Below, piece by piece: positions 54,618-64,000 of a stretch of DNA of 64,000 bases. The position numbers and the translations under genes were made by a program. The DNA is from the human T2T-CHM13v2.0 reference genome, Homo sapiens. The notes below the pieces were generated by a model that was not told the DNA's origin, searched no databases, and saw nothing but the letters and a program-made list of their open reading frames with translations. The first letter of the stretch is position 1, and each line of letters starts with the position of its first letter. The stretch is taken from NCBI RefSeq assembly GCF_009914755.1, contig NC_060938.1, one strand, 5' to 3'.

Positions 54618-54902
54618 ACTGGGTATAGTGGCTCATGCCAGCACTTTGGGAGGCCGAGGCAGGTGAATCACCTGAGGTCAGGAGTTCAAGACCAGCCTGG
54701 TCAACATGGTAAAACCCTGTCTCTACCAAAAATACAAAAATTAGCTGGGCGTGGTGGCACACACCTGTAATCTCAGCTACTCAGGAGGCTGAGTGAGGCA
54801 GGAGAATCTCTTGAACCTGGGAGGCGAAGGTTGCAGTGAGTTGAGATCACACTGTACTCCAACTTGGACGAAAGAGCGAGACTCTGTGTCAAAAAGAAAA
54901 AA
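54618..54902 (+). mobile_element. AluSx
   Basis: Dimer with cacctgaggtcaggag and a perfect 13-bp TSD aaagatagaatac (54605-54617 and 54903-54915). Confidence 0.93.
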
Positions 54903-55874
54903 AAAGATAGAATACGGTTTTCTATATAAGGACGGAAAAAGTTCAAATACTGTACTATATTTCAAATCTGTACTATAAATATGTATATACATGATATTCT
55001 AATTCAATTTCGGTGGCACTATAGAATGTGGTAAAATCGCAATAGGTTAAACAGGATGACTCATGCTATAATAATGCATAGTTTAGCCAGAAGGGATACA
55101 TAAAATATATACAATAAACATAATAAACATAATGTTTACTATACTATAGATTATATTTGGCATGTTTGCTACGTATTTTAAAAGCGTATCTGAAATTTTG
55201 TATCATCTCCAACAGATGGGAAATAAACAGTAACAGGAGTTGTTAATTTTTTTTATTATACATTGGGAGAAAGAGTAATAATGCTTGGAAAAACATATTG
55301 AGGCTAAAAAACTAAATAAAATGTTTTTAAAACCCATTTTAAAATCTTGTGGGGGAAAGGAATAAAAAGTAAGTTGAAATGCTTCAACATCTGTTATCAG
55401 TAATGGCAGCCCTAAAAGTCAGTTTCTGTTAGGTAAGAAAAACACTTTTTGGTTAAAATATAGCCAGCTGGCCTTTGAGATACTGGGGGCAGGTATTTGT
55501 GAAGTAGATGAATTAAAACAGAAGGAAACTATAGAACTCAAGTGAGAGGCAAATTAGAACGAAGTTGAAGACTCATTTAAATACTGGTTTAGATCTGAAA
55601 GCAAAGGGTAATACACGCACACAGATACACACATACATATTATCTTTTGTAAGCAGGGCATTTTGAGACATATTTGGTGCTGCTTTAGGTCTTGACAAAA
55701 CCATGTGAGGAATACTTTCATCTTGTCACCTTTGTTCATGAGTATAGTTCAAGCTTTCACCCTCTCCCTGATTTTTGCTTCCTCCTAACTGGTATACCAG
55801 AAGCACATCTTTTCCAACTGTGCATAACCCTCCATATTTCCTCCATGATAATCCTCTTAAAAATATATATGGTG

Positions 55875-56185
55875 AGCTGGACATGGTGGCTCACTCCTAT
55901 AATCCCAGTACTGTGGGAGGCCGAGGTCGGCGGATTACTTGAGTTCAGGAGTTCGAGACCAACCTGGCCAACATGGCAAAACCCTGTCTCTACTAAAAAT
56001 ACAAAAATTAGCTGGGCGTGGTAGATAGAGCACCTGTAATCCCAGCTACATGGGAGGCTGAGGTAGGAGAATCATTTGAATCTGAGAGGTGGAGGTTGCA
56101 GTTAGCCAAGACTGAAACCACTGCACTCCAGCCTGGGAGACGGAGAAAGACTTCATCTAAAAAAAAAAAAAAAAAAAAAAAAAAA
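55875..56185 (+). mobile_element. AluS
   Basis: Full dimer with a poly(A) tail. Confidence 0.9.
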
Positions 56186-59100
56186 GATATAGTCATGTCA
56201 TCCCCAAGTTTACAAGCCTTTGTTGGCCCTGGTTGCTCACAATCTACACTCAAGCATGGCATGTATGGATCTTCAATTCTCTGACCCAACACATTTCTCC
56301 AGCCTCCTCGACCACCCTCACTGCATCGGCCTATAACCTCCAAGCTATAGTCACCATGCCTTCTACTCTTTTCCACATACTGAGCACTTTTCAATTGTTC
56401 TGTATTCTGTACATGCTCTTCCTCCAGCCTGGAGAGATATGCTCCTCTTGAACTTCTCTATTTATGGAGGTTCTGCTCATCCCATAGATATTGATCCAGT
56501 ATTTCTTCCCTTGAAAATTATCTCCAGGCTGCTCAGGAAGAGTTCCTCTACCTCAGTCTTATCTTAACAAGAACAGTCTATTCACAAATTTATGGAGGTA
56601 TTTATTACATAATGTATTTATTACATGTTTACAGTTGTCCCTGTGTTGTGGGCTCCTTCTGGATAGAGTCTCGTATTTTCATCGCTATAGCCCTAAGAAG
56701 GATATTTTATTGGTGATTGGGAAATATTGACTGATGGTAAGATTAGCTGGTGAGATCTCTGAAATACCTTTAACAGTCATGGAAGTTTACCATTCCACAA
56801 ATGGAAATGAAGCTTGGAATGTTAATCTCCATGATATAGAATAACTCAGGTGGTAGTGGTGGTTGTCAGATTAAATTGAAAGCAAAGGCCAAATAGCCTT
56901 CTTCTGAAAACTTCAAGAAGAAAGAGAGAAGCAAGCATACCTGGGAGAAAGAATGGCAGCAGAGTGGGGAAATTCTACAGAAAAGGGAGGCTGAAGACAA
57001 GCAAAGTATGAGAAAGACCTCTTGGTTCACATTAGATTTCCTTCTTCCCTGAAGGGCAATCTGATAGAACCTTTAGAATTGAAGGGGAAGCATTTCATTC
57101 ATAAATTGTGCTTCAAACTGTTAAATGTTTTGTTTTTGCAAAAGATGATAGACCTGGCAAAGAATTAATGCCATTTTAGAGAAAGGTGATAAGAATAGAT
57201 AACTCCAATCTCTTGTTTCATCAGTGAATACAAAACCCAGGGAGGGTTATTGAAGGCAGATAGGAGAGACTTCTGTTTGCAGAAGTCTTCTCTGGGTTTG
57301 GTCAGTGGCTCCTGCTTGGCCCATGTTGCCTTCTGTGGGACCACAGAAAGCAAAGAGCCTGACCTGTAGTCTTAGGATTTGAAAAAGCCTCACCACCTCC
57401 CACTTTCAGGGGCTGGCTGATGAAATTGTGGGTTAAAGGTTGTAGTGTCTTTAATCCCCTTCAGGCTTTCTAGCCCACCCTCTTAGTCTTTAAGCTCCCA
57501 CCTTCATTGTTCTCTCTTTCCCCAAGGTTAGAAGGTCTAGCTCTACCTGCACTTGACCAAGCTAATCAATTAAGATATTAGAGATCCAGTGTGCTAAATC
57601 TCATTCCCCTCAAATCAGTTAATCTTTCTCAAACCAGATGCATTGGGAAGAAAACTGTGAGCAGAGAGGTATAAAGTACTCATAACGGGCTTTCAAGCAT
57701 TAATTGGATGAAGAATTTGCCCTTCCATTATGCCATGTGGGTAGTGGCTTATGTTGTCTGTGTATAAGGCTGACCTCGCCCATTATCTTTACATTGTCTT
57801 GGTGTATAGTTCACATGAGTACTGAAAATAATAAAAAACATGTTTGCATGTGGAAAAATACTGAATGGAACAAGCTAAAGTAAAATGTAATCCAGTCTTA
57901 TACATCCAGGCTAATGGGATTCTACTTAACTAGGGTGAAAAGGGAGAGCATGTGGATGACTCTGTCAACACAACGGGGACAGAAGTTGGCTGACCTTGGC
58001 ATATATGAGAGCCTCCTGAGCAGCCAGGGGGATAGAGCAGGGGCTTCTGCCCGCAGCCCTCTTCTCACTGAGGCCTTAATGAAGCTCAGAGCTGCTCAGC
58101 TCTGCACAACCAATTGAGCTGTGCCTCTCCCACCGCTAATTCCTAAGAATGTTGGAAAGGTAGCTGGGGAAGCAATTAGAGAAGAAAAAAAAAATTCAGT
58201 CTTGTTGCTTTTTGTACAAAATCAGGGTTTTGTTGTTTCTGTTGTTTTTTTCTGGCACAGACCAAAGGAAATAAAGCAGTTCAAGACTTTTATGTCAAAT
58301 TGTTGCTTTCAAATTGCCAGAGGAGAAAATAAAACACAGATAAAAGAGCATGCACACACACATACCCCAGACACATATATTTCAAATTACAGATTTGCAT
58401 ACCTTTTCATTTTGTTTTCCATCATGTCAGATTAATTCATTTTAATTTAACAAATATTGAGCATCTTCTATGTGCAAAACACTAAGTTGAGTTGTAGGTG
58501 TGAAAAGAAAAGAAATTAGGCTTACATTTCAAAACATCAGCATCTAATAGGAGAAAGAGCCATAGATAAGAATCTCAGATACAAAGATTTAGCATTTATC
58601 ATAATAATAACTATGATAAGAAAGTAATTATCACATGTTTTGAGCTCATCTTATATTTTCTTGGCCCCACCTCTTCCCAGCCACTTTTGCAGGGACTCGT
58701 TCTGTACTGGTTTTAGTCTGCTTTGCACAGGGCCAATCTGATGGTGCCTCACTTTGGCCTCTGCTTCTTGCTTCATGTCCAGAGTCTTATCTGAAGCAAT
58801 TGTGTAAAACACCTGCAGGAAGCTGCTCAACTCATGCTTTAGCAACCTGGAAATGTGGGGGAATTTAGTTGATGCAGTAGAAGGCATTGTATATCTCTGA
58901 TCATTCAAGAATACGAGCTAATGGATAAATGTTTCCTCTTGTCATCACCTGGAACACCATTCTAAGGCAGATCTCATAATGTTTTCCTGAAGGTCCCCTG
59001 CAAAGCATCCCCAGTCAATTGCAGTGGCAAAGAATCCTAGTATTACCTTTCCATCCTCCCTGTATTCCTGCTTCCTAGGATTACCTCCCAAATAATGTAC

Positions 59101-59852
59101 CTGCACATGGGTGGGCCTTTGCTTCAGGCTGTCCTTTCAGGTGAACCCAGACCAATAAAAATAATAGTAATTAGTATTTTTGAGTATTTACAATGCATCA
59201 AACATTACATTGAGCACTCTATATGTAATATCTCAATTGATTCTTCCCAGATATTTATTAAAGTAGAAAGAGGTATTACTTTTCTCATTTTACAAACGAA
59301 CAGTTAAAAAAACTTCAGTAACCTGTCCAAGGTCATATTGTTGGTGACAGTGCCAAAATTTAAGTGTAGGTTTGTTTAACATTAAGGTCCAAACTCCCCC
59401 AGCAACCACACAAAGCTTAAAGGTGTATGGTTGGTGTGGTGGCCATTGCGTGCTCCAACATCTCTTCCATTTCTCTGTGTATAGCCATGTGGGAGTTGGC
59501 CTTGCCTTCCTTCCCCCACAACTTCAGAAGTGACCTTTGGTTGGTCTAAACCTGATTAATGTTTAGTGATTGTGTTAGACATGTCAGGCATCTCCCCATT
59601 TAGAGCACTACATTTCCCAGGCCACAGTGATTGGTTCATGTAGGAGCATATGACTCAAGATGTTTCCATTAGAGGTGGTTAACTGCTTAACACTGGAGTT
59701 CTCAGAGGTCGGTCCTTGGATCTCTTCTGTATCTATACTCATTCACTTGGTGACCTCATGCAGTCTCATGTCTTTAAATACCATTTATATATCACAGTCT
59801 CCAAAGGTTTATATCCAGTGCAGACCTCTTCTTGGAACTCTATACTTAAAAG

Positions 59853-60205
59853 TATAGTTATTCATCACATAGCAATGGGGATACATTGTGAGAAATGCAT
59901 CATTAGGTAATTTTGTCATTGTATGAACATCACAGAGGTACTTACACAAACCTAGATGGTATAGCCTACTACACACCTAGGCTATACGGTATAGCCTACT
60001 ACACACCTAGGCTATACGGTATAGCCTATTGCTCCAAGTCTTGCATGTTACTGTACTGACACTGTAGGCCATTGTAACACAATAGTAAGTATTTGCATAT
60101 CTAAACATAGAAAAAGTACTATAAAAATAGGGTATTGTAATCTTATGGGACCACTTTCATATATTTTGTCCATCATTGACCAAAACATTATGCAGCTCAT
60201 GACTG
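59853..60205. mobile_element. Tigger3/MER7-type transposon with an internal 30-bp tandem duplication, inserted in an L2 remnant
   Basis: gagaaatgcatcattagg...cacaaacctagatggtatagcc...cttatgggaccac...catgactg. Confidence 0.8.
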
Positions 60206-61686
60206 TTTATCAATTACCTCTTAGATGCTTCCACTTGCATATCTAATAGGTGTGTAAAATTTAACACGTCTAAAAGTGAACTCTGGATCTCCTTTTATCT
60301 CATCTCAGTTAATGCTAATTCCTACCTTCCAGTAGCTCAGGCAGAAACTTCAGAGACATCCTTTACTTTGCCCTTTTGCTCACACCTACTGTTGTTCATT
60401 CACAAATGATTGGCTCTGCCTTTAAAGTGTTGGCAGAATCTGACCATGCCTGTACTTTACTGCCTCCAGGCATTCAGGCCAGCACACCTTAAGCCTGGAT
60501 TCTTACACCTGGCTTTTCTGCACTCCCATGACCTCCCTCTCCCCTACTCCTAATTTAACACTTACCTGCTTTAACACTTTTTTTTTTCACCTTTGGAAAA
60601 TGCTTCCATTACTCACAGAGAACTAGGTGGTTATAAATTCAAGGCTGTTGGCTATGAATATCCATGATCAGCATTTCGATTAGGCCTTTGGGGCAATGTA
60701 GTTTTTGGTGATTGTTAAAACGCTCTGGAGGCTTATAGAGCAATATTTTAAATAACATCTGCGACAGGAAAAGGGGGGTGCTGTTACTTTCTTGAATTAA
60801 CTCATAGCTGGAGAGGTCAAGTCATTTCTTGGGACAATTTTTATGTCTTCACCTGTAACTTGGGTACCTTAATACAGGGAAAGAGCTTCAGGCCAGTAGT
60901 CAGGAGAGCTGGTATTAGTTCTGCCTAATTAGCTTTTTCCCTTAGATAAGTCACTTATGTTTTTTGAGGTAAAATCCCCTCGTGTATAAAATGGGATAGA
61001 TAATACTTGCTTACCTGCCTCACAAGGCTATATATCATTTTATATCAGTTTAAAATAATATAATTTATCAATGATAGGTTTTTAACATTTCCCGTGAAAT
61101 CCTGTTAAAAGATGTATGTGAATTCTCATCTCTCATCTACCCCGAATTGTATGTAAAATTGTGTGTGTGTATGTATATAATACATTGTTTCTTTTTTCTG
61201 AAAATAAGGTCTATAGCTTTCATCACCTTCCCAAAGGGATCATGACCTAAGAAAGATCAAAGTATTTTGGCAGAGGTGCTTTGTAAACTGTAAAGTACTA
61301 TTCAATAAAAAGACCATCTATTGGACTAATTCTTACCCTCAAATGTCCTAAAAGACTTAATTATATGTAAAGACAGGAATTTTTTAGTAAAAAATGGTGA
61401 CCTTGGCCTTTAGAAATCAGTGATGAATCAACAAGCTTTATGTGTCTATAGCTCCTTAGCAAGATTGGTAAACATGGCTTTCCATACAATTGTCTAGCAT
61501 ATAGAGTTCAGCAATCTTGATACTGCCGTAATCGAGACCTGACTATGAAATTTTGATGGAGGATGACGTAGCTACCACTAAAATATCTGAATAGCTCTCA
61601 CTGCAATTCTCCAGACACAATAGGTTACTACATTGAAAATTTCCTTCCAATATACACCCTCCCTCCATTTCTTCCTTCCTTCCCCC

Positions 61687-62073
61687 TGATGTGGTTTGGG
61701 TTTCTGTCCCTGCCCAAATCTCGAATTGTAATCCAGTGTTGGAGATGGGGTTTGTGGAAGTTGACTGGATCATGGGGGTAGATTTTCCCCTTTGGTGCTA
61801 GTCTCATGATAGAATTCTCACATGATCTGGTTGTTTAAAAGTGTGTATAGCACCTTCCCTGTTTCTTCCTCCTGCTCCAGCCATGTGAAATGCTGGCTCC
61901 CCCTTCACCTTCTGCCATAATTGTAAGTTTCCTGAGGCCTCCCCAGAAGCTGAGCAGATGCCTCCATGTTTGCTATACAGCCTGTGGAACTGTGAGCTAA
62001 TTAAACCTCTTTGCTTTATAAATTACCCAGTCTCAGGTATTTCTTTATAGCCATGCGATAACAGACTAACACA
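61687..62073 (+). mobile_element. MSTA/B MaLR solo LTR within a (CCTT)n tract
   Basis: tgatgtggtttgg...gtaagtttcctgaggcctcccc...ttacccagtctcaggtatttc...gactaacaca. Confidence 0.88.
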
Positions 62074-63775
62074 CTTCCTCGCTCCCTCCTTCTCTCCTTC
62101 CCCATCCTTCCTCCCTCCCTCCCTCCCTTCCTTCTGTCCTTCCTTCCTTTCCTCCCCAGGCATTTACTGAATACTCAGAAAGACTTGAACAGCACCATGT
62201 TGACATCACTTCCTCCAAGTGACTTGTCCTGTGAGTTTGGAAAGGGAACACCCTTGTCCTAGGAAATAAGTTCAGGACTAGGAGACTGAAGCATGTCTGG
62301 GGGCCCAGGTCTGCTATTAAAATCACTTTGTGACCCTCTGTCGGTCACTTAACCTGCTGTGCTGCTATTTGCTCATCTGTAAAATTGCTCTCCCTCTTGG
62401 GCTTATTGTGAGGATAAAAGAAAATAATAGGTGCCAAAGTGCACTGAATGGTAAGAGTCTAATACTAAATCAAGTATTATCATTTTAGAAGTTTATCCCT
62501 GAGTAGTGCTGACACTGACATATGGAAGTTAAAGCTGCAATTAGGGGTCTGCTTCATCTTTAATCCACCAATAATAAAGCATTCTCCAAGCAATGACCCA
62601 ATTTCAAGTGCCCTATGGTTATTTGCAACTTTTTCTTCTTATTTTTGGTATAAGTATAGTAGCTTAAAATTTTTGAGGACAAATCCAATATCAACTAGTC
62701 TGCAGTATTGCATCTTTAAGTATGCATTCAAAAAATGTACCAATAAAGCTATTAGGAGCCTTATTACTGGGTTTAGGTCTGTGTGATGGTTTTGTTTAGT
62801 TCAACAAATCTTTACTAAGGCCTGTTATGTGACAGATGCTGGGGATACAGAGATGGATAAAGCATATCCAAAACCTGAAGGAGCTAACTGCCTGGTAAGA
62901 AAAGACAATTAAGAAAATGTGTTCTAAGCAATGGGGGGATATAATTAAAGCATCTCTCCTTTAGTAAACAAACATTACATGCTAGGCATAGTGCTAGAAC
63001 TTTTCATAAGTTATTATTTTTATACATTCCAATAAAATAATGAGATAGGTAATTTTACATTCATTTTCAAATGAGGCCTTTGAAACCTCAGAAATGTTGA
63101 GTAACTTGGTCAAGATCTCACAGCTAATTGGTTTTGGCAGGATACAATTTGGCCTCCTGACTTATAGATGCTACAAGGAAACAGAGGAAATCCCCCAAGG
63201 AGGACCAGAAAAGCAACTAAAGAACTGCACTGAAGTTTAAATTGAACAATGCACTTGTCTAGTGCTGAGGGTTGGGACAGATTTTCTTTAATAGATGCAG
63301 TGGTATTACATCTTGATTTTGGAAAACAAACTAAATATTGATCAAAAAAGCTGTATCATCATCTTGATATTTCTAAGACACAAGCAGATATAGGTAACTC
63401 TAAAATTTTCATAAACAAAATCTCAGATGTTTAAAATAAAAAATAAAATGACTTTTTTCATGAAAACCGTACATTTGGTAAACCAAACTAATCAAGCATT
63501 CACTGAATGAGTAGGCGCCTATTATATATTCTATTCTGACCATAAAATTAACAAAGACCAGTTCAGGCTAGCACTGTCATTTGTGTATTTCTTGCATTTA
63601 CAATATTCTTTACTGACAGTTTTGAGACTTGGGTAAATCAGAGATGTTTCCTTAGTCTCCCGATAATTACATATTCCCAAAACTCCGCAGTGAGAAGTGA
63701 GAACTTCATTGCTTTACCTGATATCTTTACACTTTATTGTCATAAATGCACTTTGAAAATAATAAGCTTTTAAAT

Positions 63776-63969
63776 CAGGAATTGGCAAACAATGACTCAT
63801 GGGTGAAATCTGGACTGTGACTTATTTTTGTATGGCCTGCTAGAGCTAAGGGGTGTTTTTATATGTTTAAAAGATTTTTTTTTAAAGGGAAAACATAACA
63901 GAGACAATACGTAACCCATCAAACCTAAAATATTTACTCTATGTCCCTTTAAGAAGTTTGTTGACCTTG
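63776..63969 (+). mobile_element. MER58-type hAT element
   Basis: cagg..ttggcaaac...cctaaaatatttact...aagtttgttgaccttg termini. Confidence 0.75.
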
Positions 63970-64000
63970 CTTTAAGTTATAATAAGTAGTTATTTTCTCA

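Overview
Primate (human-like) non-coding genomic DNA, AT-rich and dense in repeats. I see no intact host protein-coding gene, RNA gene or CRISPR array. Almost every listed ORF is a chance frame or a retroelement remnant. The centre of the window (about 28.5-42.2 kb) is a five-layer nested insertion. A MER58A DNA transposon is split, with an 11-bp TSD, by a minus-strand L1PA. That L1 is split by a second, 5'-inverted (twin-primed) L1PA. The second L1 is split by a 5'-truncated GPAT4 (AGPAT6) processed pseudogene. The pseudogene 3'UTR is split by a two-LTR, env-deleted HERV-H provirus (5-bp TSD CCTCC) whose primer-binding site looks more like tRNA-Phe than tRNA-His. Other notable signals: a 42-nt locally templated insertion inside an AluY, a 248-bp dispersed duplication, a 60-bp inverted repeat around an AT-rich core, one L1 target site used twice, and three co-oriented CTCF motifs about 6 kb apart. 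All family names come from remembered consensus sequences, not searches. I found no evidence for a novel protein-coding system.
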